Notes: a model not told the origin generated them from the sequence alone. DNA of 64,000 bases from Tubulanus polymorphus (GCF_964204645.1 NC_134029.1:13790850-13854849); one strand, 5' to 3'. Positions 49,027-61,410 are shown, counted from the first letter of the stretch. Numbers and translations: made by a program.

Positions 49027-50413
49027 ATGGTAGATGGTTTTCCAAAAGCTTTCCAATATAATAAATCCATTAAATATAATATTCCAGCAATAGATTTTAA
49101 TAAAGATATTACTTATATAGAAATGAAGTTTTAGATTCATTAACTAATTTAGAAACTTATGTTACTGAAACTAATAATTTTAATGCAAAGATGGAAAATA
49201 TATTTCATGTATATTTAATTAATTTTAAAAAATTGAAAGTTGAAAAACAATGGTTATAAAAATCTAATATGAAGTACTGACAGAACCAATTAAATTTTGC
49301 TGTTTATTGTGCAACAACAGGATGTGGAATTAGTTGGAATGATCATTTGAATAATTCTAAATATAAATTAATTCAAAGTTTATTTAGATTTCATACATAC
49401 TTTCAAATCAGAATAATATTAAATGAATTAGAGTGCGCTTTACCAGGATCTAGGTATTTTAAAGAATTAGATAATAATATTAATTTATCAAAGTTTTATA
49501 AAATTTGTAATGAATTTAATATAGATATAAATAATTCTGATTTTAGAACAAAAATTGGAACAATAAGATCACTTCCTTGCCCTAAAAAGATTGCAGAATA
49601 TTGTGCACTTCCCATACCATCTAATAGTTTTTATAATATCTATAGTAATAAATTAGGTTATGGTAAAATAGAAACTAAAGATTTAGAAACATTAAATTTC
49701 AATAAATTACCGACATTTTATGATAATTTAAAACAAGAAAACAATAATGGTTGGGTTTATTTCATTTTAGAAAATAATGAAGGTTTTACAAAATCAGGTA
49801 TACAAAGAATAAATTAATCTATTAGAACTTATTTGATATGTATTTTAGGTGTGCAAGTTGAAACAAGATCCCCAATAATTGGAAATTTAAATACATCATT
49901 TGATGCACAGAAACAATTCAAAGTATTATTTGAAGATTCTATTCATAATGATAAAATAAATCGATTCCAGAAAACATTGTAAGATATCAAAATTATTTAG
50001 ATAAATCTCATGTAAGACTAAATTATTGTATAGGCCCTAATCTATTAATTATTTCTAATGATTTAGTACTAAAGAAGGGAAACATAATTGGTTACAATAA
50101 TCTAATTAAAACTGCAACAATAAATAATTCATTTGGATTAAATGATATAAATAAAAAGATTATTACCGCTCCAAAATTAATGGAAGGTGAAAAAAATAAA
50201 AAACATATTCAATCAACAGAAACTAAAACTAAGAATATTAAATTAAATAATGATTCTAAACCGGATTATAATACATCAGAAAATATTAAAACTGATAATA
50301 TTCAACATGATATAATTAAAACTGATAATGATAATAAATCCCATGAAAATACTAAATTAGCTTTAACTTGTATAGGAATTGTTATAGGAGGAATATTATA
50401 TTTTAAATTTTAA
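49027..50413 (+). pseudogene. Conserved Polinton protein (LNFAVYCATTGCGIS), C-terminal TM, disrupted
   Basis: Pieces 49347..49817 and 50180..50413; homolog at 12379. Confidence 0.7.
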
Positions 50414-50429
50414 TTTTTTTATTATATAA

Positions 50430-51893
50430 ATGGATGTAGAAGGTGGAGAAGATATTGGAATGGATAATTTTGATGAACCTGGCATAACTGATGAACAACA
50501 ACCTGATTTTAGCGAAACAAGTTATAATGATGGTAATGAGCCAGGATATAATAATAATTTAAATATGCCTGATTATATTAAAAATGCAGAATCACAATTA
50601 AATCCTGAAAATTTAGATCCAGATTTAGTAAAACAAGATTTAGATAATTTAAACAAAATAGAGAAATTAGAATATATAATTGAAAATTCTAAACTTAACA
50701 TAAATGATGAAGACGTTGGACCTTTAGCAGATAAATTAAGATTTTTAGATAATGGTGAATGTTATTATCGTTTGAAAGGTGATTATTATATTGATATCTC
50801 TAATCAAAGGACAAAACTAAAAAAAATATTAGCGGAATCAACTTTGAAAAATTTAGAAACATTTAGAATTAAGAGAATAAGTAATAGTAATGAAATAACT
50901 GATGTTACACAAAAAGAAATAGATGATAATATAGACGTATTTAAACAAAGAATTAATGAATTATTTGAAATAATCAAAAAGAAATCAGAAACAGAAACAA
51001 CTTCTGAACAGAATATAACTTCCAAAACTAGTAAACTTAAATCCAATAAAGTTTCAATTGAAAAACTTTTACCGAATGGATAAATTGATGCAACAGATCA
51101 AGAATTAGAAGGTTTAAATAATATATTTTCTGTTGAAGCAATTAGAGAAATTAAAAGTATAAGACTTGCATCTGATAAAATTGCACATGATAAAAGTATA
51201 AGAGATTTTTAAATTAGAACTTTAGAAAAAGAATTAACTGATAAAAATAAAGAAATAGAACAATTAAAGTCTGATTTAGATCATCAAGTAATTGATGAAA
51301 TAGAGTATAGGCAAAAAGAATTACGATTAGAAAAAGAAATTAATAATTTAAAAGATAATTTAGAAGTACAGAAAGAAGAAATTAAATTATTATCAAAATC
51401 ATATGATTATAATATAAATAGATTAAAAGTTATTTTTAAAGATTTGTTGATTAAACCAAATTCTGAAATATCATTGAAAGATAGAATAAAATTATTATTT
51501 AAATTAGAAGGAATAACAATTCTTTCAATTCTAACTGCTGTAACTATGTTATTTACAACAATTGGTTTAGCTGTATCAAATGCTTTGAAATCTACTCCTA
51601 CTCCCAATAAACCAGATAAACCCCCAGATAATAATTCTATACAAGATAAAGTTAAAGATGGTTTAAAGAAATTAGCAAAATATTTATGGGAACTATCTAA
51701 AAAATCTGCTGCAGCTTTACCAGGAATTATTGCATCAATTGTTGGTTTTATATTGAAATCTGCTGGGAATATTCTTAACTTTGCTGCTGAACATATTATT
51801 TTATTTCTAATTACAGTTGTAAGTGCTATTATTTTTGGGTTAGTGAATATGATATCAAAAAGATATCAAGAAAAAATAATAAAAAATGAATAA
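50430..51893 (+). pseudogene. Acidic/coiled-coil protein with C-terminal membrane segments, disrupted
   Basis: Pieces 50430..51083 and 51444..51893 (GITILSILTAV..., ALPGIIASIVGFIL). Confidence 0.7.
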
Positions 51894-51913
51894 TTAATTT
51901 TTTTGTTAAATAA

Positions 51914-53112
51914 ATGAGTGGGAGTTATATAAGTCCTTCTAAGATTTCTAGAATATCTAATGCTATTAAAGCAGAAAGATCACATCATATAATTACTCAT
52001 AATCCTTCAAATATTAATCCCGATGAAACTTTATATGTTAGAATTCCTCGATTAACACAAAATACTTTTTATGTTCCAAATAGTATTTATTTATCAGCTG
52101 ATATAAAAGTAACTGGTTATGATAATAATTATGTTGTTGATAATGTTGGGAGATATTTGATTAAAAAATTAACCTTAAAGATTGGTCCAGAAACAGTTTT
52201 CTCATTAGATGATTATAATTTATTTATGCATTATAAAGATTTATGGTTAACTAAAGAAAATAGAAATAATATGATATTTCAGGGTATTCAATCGGAAAAC
52301 GATAATAAATTAAGATCAGGAGCTAATGACGCAATAGTAACTCGTGCCACAGATAATTTGATTAAAAAGATTTATGGAAGCAAATATAAAATTCCATTAG
52401 ACTTTGAATTGATAAATAATAATGCACATTTATATAAATACGCAATTCAAGAAGATATTATATTTGAGATAACATTTGCTCCTGTAAATGAAATTGTATT
52501 ATCTAGCGTTGTTAAAGATATGTGTGATAAATTATCGAATATATGTTTAGAATATGACACAGTAATGAAAATATTGCTAGCACAATTCAAACTCAATACA
52601 ATCAAGGATTTTCATTATTATATGATTATATTGATAAATTTAAAACTGTAACTATTAATGCAAATGATGAAATAATTAATGAGAATATTAACTTCCCAAG
52701 AAGATCTATTAAAGGTATATTAATATTTTTTACCATTGCAACATATTCTAATGGTGCAATAAAGGTAGATAATTATTATAATCCTGAAATAACAAAAGTA
52801 GAAATAACTATCGAAGGAATAGCAAATAAAATATTTTGTCAAGGAATGAGAATGATAGATCAGTGGCCAGAAATTAGAAAACATTTTATGAATGAAAAAG
52901 TAAAATCATTTGAAAATTGTAATATTAATCAAATTGATTATTATTCCGGCAATAAATATGCATTATGGTTAGATTTTAGAACAACAGAGGATAATTCATT
53001 ACATGGTTCTGGGAAAAAACTACAGAACACTAAAGATGGAATACAATTATTCATGGCGAAGAAAAGAGGAGACAAAAATTTCAAAATGCACATTTATATT
53101 AAAACAAGATAA
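51914..53112 (+). pseudogene. Major capsid protein (putative), frameshifted and 3'-truncated
   Basis: HNPSNINPDETLYVRIP, IPLDFE, LSNICLEYD, YNPEITKVEITIEG, ALWLDFRT...LHGSG resemble invertebrate Polinton MCPs as I recall them; ~400 codons; adjacent to the integrase. Confidence 0.7.
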
Positions 53113-54118
53113 ATTAGATAAGATAATCCCACAAAATTTAGTTAAATATAAAGATATAAATGAATTTATGTTAGAACAACCAACATACACAACACATAAA
53201 AAAATTGTTAGAAAATATAAAACTCGTAAAACTATGGTAAGTTATGTAGATCAACAGTGGCAAGGAGATTTAATTGATATGAAAAATGTTAAGAAAGATA
53301 ATGATGATTATTGGTGGATATTGAATATAATTGATATTTTTAGTCGTTATGTATGGAGTTTCCCACTTTATAGAAAAGATGCTGTACAAACATCAAATGT
53401 TTTAAGAAAATTTCTTTCGGATGATAAACTAAAACCAGAAAAAATACAATTTGATGATGGAAAAGAGTTTGATAATTCACTTGTTCATGAACTCTTAGAT
53501 AATCATAATATTAAATATTTTTCAACAAAATCGGATAAAAAAGCAGCAATTGTTGAACGATTTAATAGAACATTAAGGACAAGAATGTGGAAATATTTTA
53601 CAGCAAATAATACTTTTAAATGGATTGATGTTTTACCAAAATTGATAGAAGGATATAATAATTCTTATCATTCTTCTATTGGAATGAAACCTATTGATGC
53701 TAGAAAACCTGAAAATGCTGAATTTGTTTGGAATAATTTATATGGAGCATTTCTTGTAGATGATTTTGGTGAACCTAAATTTAAAGTTGGTCAAAATGTT
53801 AGAATTTTTAAGTATAAAAAGATATTTGATAAAGGATACGATCGAAATTTTACTAGAGAAATATATAAAATAAAAAAGGTTATAACAACAAAACCATATG
53901 TCTATAAATTAGAAGATTTAGATAGTGAAGAAGTTGATGGCTACTTTTACGAAGAAGAATTGAGTTTAATTACTGAAAATCTAGAACAAGAATATAAAAT
54001 TGAAAAAGTATTAAAAACAAAAACTACTAAAAGAAAAAAATATTCTTTAGTAAAATGGGTTGGATGGCCAGATAAATTCAATGAATGGATATTATCAAGT
54101 AAAATTAAAAATATATAA
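53003..54118 (+). CDS. Retroviral-type (rve) integrase with C-terminal chromodomain; native N-terminus probably lost
   Basis: DDE triad WQGDL / QFDDGKEF / IVERFNRTL; chromodomain YKIEKVL...LVKWVGW; the first ~33 codons are off-frame MCP sequence. Confidence 0.9.
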   Translation: MVLGKNYRTLKMEYNYSWRRKEETKISKCTFILKQDKLDKIIPQNLVKYKDINEFMLEQPTYTTHKKIVRKYKTRKTMVSYVDQQWQGDLIDMKNVKKDNDDYWWILNIIDIFSRYVWSFPLYRKDAVQTSNVLRKFLSDDKLKPEKIQFDDGKEFDNSLVHELLDNHNIKYFSTKSDKKAAIVERFNRTLRTRMWKYFTANNTFKWIDVLPKLIEGYNNSYHSSIGMKPIDARKPENAEFVWNNLYGAFLVDDFGEPKFKVGQNVRIFKYKKIFDKGYDRNFTREIYKIKKVITTKPYVYKLEDLDSEEVDGYFYEEELSLITENLEQEYKIEKVLKTKTTKRKKYSLVKWVGWPDKFNEWILSSKIKNI

Positions 54119-54725
54119 ATGAATAAGGAATTATTTATATTTGAGCCTCATAATATGTTAATTTCTGGCGTAACAAATTGTGGAAAAACTTATTTTATAT
54201 TAAATTTATTAGAAACTGTTTATGAAAACTATTTTGATAATATAGTATTATTTTGTCCAACATATGAGAATTTAATCAAACTTATGATAGAAATATTACT
54301 AGAAATAATAAATTTATTATATTAGATCCTAAAACAGTAAAAATTTAGATAATTGTATAAAAATAGCAATTGTTATTTATAAAGGATCAAATACATTATT
54401 TATCATAGATGATTGCGCAAATTTACATGATTCAAAAGTTAGAGAAAGTGAGTTATGTTATTTAGCTTTCTCTGGGAGACATTTTGGGATAACAACTTGG
54501 GTTTTAAATCAAAAATATAATTCAATTGTTAAAGATTTTAGAGAAAACATTAGATTTTTAGTATTATTCTACAATAAAGATAGAAAATCGATGAAAAATG
54601 CGCTTGAGGAAAATGATATTATTCCACATGATATACATAATGAATATATGGATAAGTTGAAAAATATTATAAGATCAAAATTACTATTTAGATTACAACA
54701 CCCATTTAAATATGAATTTATTTAA
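54119..54725 (+). pseudogene. Packaging ATPase, frameshifted
   Basis: Near-identical to 222..830 with indels near 54268 and 54342. Confidence 0.88.
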
Positions 54726-55007
54726 ATTCAACTAGCTTGTTAATCTAGTTGAATTCTAGTTACATTCTAGTTGAATTCTAGTTATTGGTAGTTGTAACAA
54801 AAATCAACTAGATTTAACAATATTTTAACTAGCTTGTTAATCTAGTTTAATTCTAGTTACATTCTAGTTGAATTCTAGTTGTTAGTAGTTGGAACAAAAA
54901 TCAACTAGATTTAACAAGAAATAAACAAAAACAACAATATTTCAACTAGCTTGTTAATCTAGTTGAATTCTAGTTGCAACAACACAACTAATTTATTTGT
55001 TATATAA

Positions 55008-55607
55008 ATGGGAGGTGAAAAGAAAATAAAAATCTAAAAATGGTGATGTTCCAATTGAAAAAACGATTTAGGAATAACAGAAACAAAATTAACTCCAGAT
55101 GATGGTGCTTTAAATAATGTTACAACAAATAATAATTATGAATATTATCTTTATTGTAAACATCAATTAGAAATATAAATAGCATCTGGAAAATGTAAAA
55201 ATTTTGTCGGTAAAAATTTAACTTATAATGAATTAGATACAATGAAATCAGATGAAATTATTAGATTATTTAAGATTTATGAAGCCGCGAGAACAGCTAG
55301 AATTAATGACGCGATATCAGAAAATGTAGTAAAAGGTTATAGTAAATTATGTAATTATATACTACCAATTGAAGATGAAAATAGATTATATTCCGATTTA
55401 AAAAATGATTATTTAGTTATGACTGAATTAAATAAATGGATTGGATATTTATCATTTCAATTAGGTGGATTTATGACATTATTATCAACTGGAGTTATAA
55501 CATTTTCAAATATTGAAAGTAAAAATATTTCTATAATAAATGAACAAGGCGGAAGAAGTGAAGGAATTAACTGTGAAGAAAAAACCGAGATCACAGAAAC
55601 AAATTGA
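55008..55607 (+). pseudogene. Homolog of the 201-aa protein, frameshifted near its 5' end
   Basis: Matches 1114..1719. Confidence 0.8.
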
Positions 55608-55908
55608 ATGGTCTCGGCAATTAGGAATTAAATCACAAGAATATAAAAAAGCTGTAAAAGAAAAAATAAGTAATAAAAATGTTAATAAAAATAGTGAAAA
55701 TATTGTTATTTCTACTCCTTCTAATAATAGAATATTTGATAAATGTCTATATTTTACAGTTGGATTTGTAATTGTATTCATTTTGATTGGGTGTAATTGG
55801 TATAAGAAATCAAATAAAATTCATGATATTAATAATTCTGAAACAACTGCTATCAAAAATGAAAATACTTCTGAAATTCCAAAATTGACAATAAAAAAAA
55901 TGGATTAA
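55540..55908 (+). CDS. Small membrane protein, 122 aa
   Basis: Homolog of 1652..2020. Confidence 0.75.
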   Translation: MNKAEEVKELTVKKKPRSQKQIEWSRQLGIKSQEYKKAVKEKISNKNVNKNSENIVISTPSNNRIFDKCLYFTVGFVIVFILIGCNWYKKSNKIHDINNSETTAIKNENTSEIPKLTIKKMD

Positions 55909-56213
55909 TATTTTAGAAAAAAAGCAAAAAAATAATTGAATATCTCACTACTTTTGTCTATCTATGCGGAGCAATTAAATTGTCCTGATAAGTCATTTCG
56001 GATTCTAGATATTAACATGGTAATTGATTACTAATTTGATTTAAAATTATATCATAATTAAGTTAGAAATCCATAATTCATTTATCAGTTTTCATTCCTA
56101 TATTCTTTTCATTCAGAATAATTTATAATTTCAAATTTCACATATTTTTTTAGCACCAGCAACATTTACTTAGGTGTTTTAGCTAAGTATATAAGGCAAT
56201 TCATTCGACCACT

Positions 56214-56524
56214 GGAGTGCCGCCTGGCTTGGCTTGCAGGGGAATTTCGAAAATGCACCTTTGTCCACCCTCCGTGGTTCTCCTTCAGTTTCGACTTTCG
56301 ATCCTCCTTTCGGGGGTAAGGGGTTGATAGGAAATGCATTATGCGCCTTAAATATAATGTGTTTCCTGTCAACCATTGAAGGAGAATTGGTGAGGCGTGG
56401 GTCACAGGGGTGTAAGTAGAAATGCTTGGGGATAGGTATCTCGTGGCGCCTCTCAATAACGGGATGCTTATCCCCTAAAAACTCTGCGAGTCAAGTCGGG
56501 TAAAAACATTGAAATATTCCTTTT
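56214..56524 (+). ncRNA. Putative Pol III-like structured RNA, ~310 nt
   Basis: TATATAAG at 56188; first T4 run at 56521; nested long stems in which almost every non-Watson-Crick position is G-U on the + strand. Confidence 0.7.
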
Positions 56525-56759
56525 AATCACGAGAGAGAATGTATCCTCCTGTCCTGTGTGTGTTGTATGTACTGCGTGCTTATTATATAACTGCTATAAC
56601 AACAACGTTGAATTGCAACACCTGTTTGATCCATCAATATTCAAATGAAGCACTCTCTTATAATAACATGTAACAGATGTTTGACTGTATGATTGTAGTT
56701 GTTTGTAAAACGACTAAGGTTATTTTGGATTCTAGATATTCATTATTTTTATTTTTTAT

Positions 56760-57038
56760 TTAATCAACAATTTCTAAATCATGATGACTGTCTTCATTTT
56801 TCCCATGGTAGATTATTTTAAATCCTTCTAAATCTTTTAATTCCTCTGTACTCAATGAAACCCAGTAGCTTAAATTCGCTGATACTTTCTCTCCATATTT
56901 AGTTTTTATCTTTTCTAATTTCAATATTTTATGTTCAATTTCTTTTGTAACATCAACTAACTTTTTTATTTCAAATTGTTTTTTTGTTGGTTTAATTCTG
57001 TTATTTATTGTTGCTAAGAATGCTTTCCTATCTCCCAT
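56760..57038 (-). CDS. Homolog of the 108-aa protein with an in-frame deletion (92 aa)
   Basis: Matches 2924..3250; starts at the inner edge of the right TIR. Confidence 0.7.
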   Translation of the reverse strand: MGDRKAFLATINNRIKPTKKQFEIKKLVDVTKEIEHKILKLEKIKTKYGEKVSANLSYWVSLSTEELKDLEGFKIIYHGKNEDSHHDLEIVD

Positions 57039-58260
57039 TTATTAGGAAAAAAAATTACTTGTGGTGATGAGTGGTGTCTCGACCGCTCGACCTCTGGTAT
57101 GAAAGCTACTTTCCCAATTACTGGCGTATACAGACAGGGGTAAATCTATATGCCCCCTCTAAACTTAAGTTGAGCCGGGGGCATAAAAATATAAATTTTC
57201 ATACAGAGATTTTTCAAATGGCCGCTAACGCAAACCCCCAATGAAAGTAAAAGAGAATTAGAAGAATTTTTTTTAAAACATGAAATTAAATGTTTTATTG
57301 TGTCAATAAAGAATGAATTGAATTGTCGGCAGGACTATGCCGCGCATGAATACCAATTTCAAGACTGATCACGCATGCTCAATCAAGGTTGGTGTGCGCT
57401 GCTGAAATAACAAAAACGATTAAACGAAATCTTAAAACAATGAAAACAACAAACGATATAGCCAATATACGAAAGGAACCTAGATTTTATTACTGCATTA
57501 AATGTGTGTAAATATCAGAGCACAAGAAAGCATGCAAGCCCATGAGATTGCATCAAGAATTGGTGTAGGCAGCGTAGTGAAAAGAAATCCAAGATGGATG
57601 GCAACCCTGGTCGCCATACTTGATATCAATTTTCAATAAGGGGTAGACATTTCACCTAGGCCTACCAAAATTCTTACACCTAGTATCATGAAAATGCATC
57701 AAGAATTGAAGGCCGTTTCGTGCTAGAAACTCAAAGTGGCTGACCTGGCGGCCATATTTGAAAGCCGATGAATTCCATATACAAAAGGCATGGACAGCTT
57801 ACCTACTCTGGTCCTCACACCAAATTTTGTGGAAATCCATCAAGAATTGCAGGCTGCATCGTGCAAACAAGAAATTCAAGATGGCCACCCCAATGGCAGC
57901 CATATTTGATCACCAATGACATTTTTTACAATAGGGGTGGACATCTCGCCAGACCCCCAAAGCTAATTTTCAATAAATTGCCCATGGGCTAAGTGTGGTT
58001 TACCTTGAAAGCTAGAGGTTGTTTGGAATAAGGGCATTGCTTGAAAAATCTTTTTAACTCGTGACTTCAAAGTTCCACGAGTTTATATTGTATTTTATCT
58101 TTCTTAAATAATTATTTTGTAGTCAAATAAGACCAAAGATAAACATTTGGTTACGGTCCACGTCCAAAAGTTTGTAGAGTACACGAAGGCGCGGCAGGGA
58201 AACTATTTCATATTTTCAAAAAAATATGTTTCATAATATGAAAAAAATTTGTTCAAATAA

Positions 58261-58805
58261 GGCCATCCCAAAATAATTGTCTGTTTGCCGTAACACCGTC
58301 TCAACTTTTCAGGATGAGTCGGTAGGTAGGTAGAAATATTTTGGGCAAAATTTTTGGGCAAAAAAAAACAAATTTATCACCTTTTTTACATCGAAACAAT
58401 ATCGCAAAAATCATATATGTTGTGCACGGGAAATTGGTCTAATAGCGAAGATTTCAGAGCGTCATCTCTGTGTTAAAAATGAAACAGTACCTTGAATATA
58501 TGTGCGCGCTTTTACGTTACCAGCTTTAATATAGTCGTTATGAGAATGAATGGCAGCTTATCGGAACACTGCCAGTTTCCTGGAAAACTTAAATTAGGCC
58601 ACATGTCAAGGCATGTTTTCACACGATGCACACTTGAATTCAAACATACGTAGCTCACACTTCGGCAGTTGGTCGGTCGGTCGGTCGGTCGACCGGCCGT
58701 TTTTATCAAAAAAAAATTTATTTCGATGAATCCCAGAGAAAAAAGTTTTCACTCGGTACCTTTGACGTCGGGTCACGGCAAACAGACCATTAATATGGGA
58801 TGGCC
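58261..58805. mobile_element. PIF/Harbinger-type MITE
   Basis: TIR ggccatccca...gtctgtttgccgt / acggcaaacagac...tgggatggcc, with TAA on both sides. Confidence 0.8.
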
Positions 58806-59619
58806 TAAAATTCATATGATGTCACATATCAGAGGGTGAATGAATATTGGGTCTTGGAAATCTCTTCCAATGTTGGCCGCGGAAGTTAGAATACCGGTAC
58901 GGAAGATATCGGTTATTAGATCGTTTTAAATCCTGGAACTTACGACTACAATATTCAGACCTCGACCCATACTTGTAGTTTGCTGCTTAATATTTTCAGG
59001 TCACAAGAAATAACAATTTATTACAAATTCTATCAAACAGAAAACACATCGCTCATCTTCTGCAACGATAATTCAGCCTATTTTCATGTCAAACGTTCAC
59101 GCGTTGAATCGCTAACTTTTCGGGTTTTGAATTTTCATTTTGTGTTCTCAGAGGTTTGAGAAAGCTGTCAACGTTTCATGTACTAGTTTTATAATTCTGA
59201 AATCACGGAAGATATTGCAACATGGTTGATGGGGAAATATTAAATTACTGGCATACTCAGTGAGTATTTTATACTATTTGCAGTGTTAATTTAGTAGATT
59301 ATGGTGTAATAACATAAGAGAATATTCCGTAGTATAAGAGTATAACATAAATCAGTGAAATAGAGAAGTAATTCCATTAAATTAAGGCGAAATATTATGA
59401 TGCAAGATAAAGGTTTATTTTGTATTGCGCAATCTAGAAATAGCTCAGATATTATAAGTTTGTATTATCTGTTTACAGATTTGAATCGTCCAAAATCCGT
59501 TGAATAAAGAAATATCAATTTGATATCCAGAGTTTGTTATTTGTCGGACGTATTCAAAAGCCACCACTTGAAACCCCATCGAGCCATTTGATTCAAATTG
59601 AGTCTCACCTAGCGTCATC

Positions 59620-61410
59620 ATGGCAGATCCTGAGAAGACAACAACAACAACACTTAAGAATAAGCGTCGGGCAGCTAAGTCAGCATTTACGCGTGTCGAA
59701 AATTCGCTGAGTGAGGCTATTGTGGCAAATCGTACGCCAGCCGAAATAAGTTTTGAGCTAGAAGTGTTGAGGGAGAAACTGTCAGCTGCGGAAAAAGCAC
59801 ACGAAAATTACACAGAAGATATGAATGATGACGAATACGAATTGGAAGAAGCGTGGATAAATAATGTTCAGAAACAATTCGATGTCGCTCGAGTCCGGGT
59901 AACCGATTATTGTTCGAAATTTGCCGTGTCTCCGGTTAAAACAAGAAACGATGCGTTGAATATGCCGAAAATTCCGATCCCGAAATTCTCGGGGAAAATC
60001 GATGATTATTTAGCGTTTCGAAGTGACTGGCAAAGAATAGTCGAGCCTCGATACGGAATCGCCGATGATGTTTTGTATTTACTGCGAAATGCGTTAGAAA
60101 ACACAAACCCGGCTTATAACGCGCGCAAGTGGATAGATGGCGTATTCGAATATGCAGAAGCATGGGCGAAACTGGATCAAGTTTACGGAAATCCACGTGA
60201 AACTAGCGATTTTGTTATTGGTGAACTGGAAAAGTTAAAATCGCTGGGTGAGAATGAATTTTTACGGTTTGTAGAGCTGTTCCATAAGATAAAAAAGGCT
60301 GAAATGATAATGTCCGAAATGGAACGAAAAGAAGATCTCGACAATTCAACGACGTTAGGGGTTCTTGAACGGAAACTGTGTAATAGTGATAAATTGAAAT
60401 GGGCAGAATGTCAGCTCCGAGATCAAATCAGTCCGAATATCGATACGTTCTTGAATTGGATGTGGAACCAGATTCAGATACACAAAATTGCTGGAGCCGA
60501 TATCCGTAGTTCGACAAATGTAAAGAAGGGTTCAATATTAGCCGTAGAAGTGGACAGTGGGTCAAGTACCGCTGCGAGAAATACCATGAACAATACTCAA
60601 GTTTTTCCGGGCTCTACACAAACGCCTTCGTGGCATCCGCGACCGGAGGGTGCTCAGGGAAATTACTATGTGACGTCGTGTTGGTATTGTAAAGGGGAAC
60701 ACAAAGTAGATGACTGTAAGCGTTTCAAGTCATTGTCGTCGAATGACCGTTTGAAGGAAGTACGTCGTGTTCATGCATGTTATTTTTGTCTGCGTAGACA
60801 TAAACCCCCATGTCGTGCGCGAAGGGTAAAATGTCCTGAACCTGCATGTCGATATTCACATCATATTCTGTTACATGGAGCAAACTTCGAGAAGACTTCG
60901 GGAACCGAAAACGACCCTGGTCATACAGTAAGCGGAACGGTCGGAAATTGTCGAAATAAAAAAGGAGAATGTCTACTACCGATTTTGCCGGTAGTGGTAG
61001 CAAATAAACGCGTGCGCTGCCTCCTAGATAGTGGATCACAGTTAACACTAATTCGTCAAGATTTGGCTGAAGAGTTGGATTTAGAAGGCGACGAAATCGA
61101 AGTGGAGATTGTCACGGTTGGAGATTCGGTGCAAAAATTAAAAACGAAACTATACGAAATTGAAATTTCAACAATCTCCGGAGATAAAAGTCGTAAAATT
61201 GAAGCGATAGGCTTTCCGAAAATCTGTGAAAATTTGTATCATGTTGACAAAGCGGAAATATGCGATTTGTTTATGATTCAGTCGGAAGATATTGATACTG
61301 AACCTGGTTCGGTTGACATTTTAATCGGCGTCGACAATATCGAATTTCATACTGGTTTTATAATTCACAAGGGTGATTATGGTTTGCGTGAAACAATATT
61401 CGGTCTGTAG
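59620..61410 (+). CDS. BEL/Pao Gag-protease portion (ends at a premature stop)
   Basis: IPKFSG...YGNP, CWYCKGEHKVDDC, CYFCLRRH, CPEPACRYSHHILLH, LLDSGSQLTLI. Confidence 0.85.
   Translation: MADPEKTTTTTLKNKRRAAKSAFTRVENSLSEAIVANRTPAEISFELEVLREKLSAAEKAHENYTEDMNDDEYELEEAWINNVQKQFDVARVRVTDYCSKFAVSPVKTRNDALNMPKIPIPKFSGKIDDYLAFRSDWQRIVEPRYGIADDVLYLLRNALENTNPAYNARKWIDGVFEYAEAWAKLDQVYGNPRETSDFVIGELEKLKSLGENEFLRFVELFHKIKKAEMIMSEMERKEDLDNSTTLGVLERKLCNSDKLKWAECQLRDQISPNIDTFLNWMWNQIQIHKIAGADIRSSTNVKKGSILAVEVDSGSSTAARNTMNNTQVFPGSTQTPSWHPRPEGAQGNYYVTSCWYCKGEHKVDDCKRFKSLSSNDRLKEVRRVHACYFCLRRHKPPCRARRVKCPEPACRYSHHILLHGANFEKTSGTENDPGHTVSGTVGNCRNKKGECLLPILPVVVANKRVRCLLDSGSQLTLIRQDLAEELDLEGDEIEVEIVTVGDSVQKLKTKLYEIEISTISGDKSRKIEAIGFPKICENLYHVDKAEICDLFMIQSEDIDTEPGSVDILIGVDNIEFHTGFIIHKGDYGLRETIFGL

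Larger units (their letters stand above)
38025..57122 (+). mobile_element. Full-length Maverick/Polinton copy C (19.1 kb including a 2.2-kb insertion)
   Basis: ~90-bp TIRs AGTAATTGGGAAAGTAG... / ...TACTTTCCCAATTACT; 6-bp TSD GGCGTA (38019-38024, 57123-57128); pPolB, penton, MCP, integrase and ATPase genes. Confidence 0.96.

Noticed and set aside
56166-56456. Three short overlapping ORFs
   Set aside because: No TAAATG start or recognisable motif; they stay open because of higher GC, and the RNA-structure signal explains the region better
57540-57960. Degenerate repeats with caagatgg / gccatattt motifs
   Set aside because: Likely a fragment of another satellite-bearing repeat; ends could not be defined
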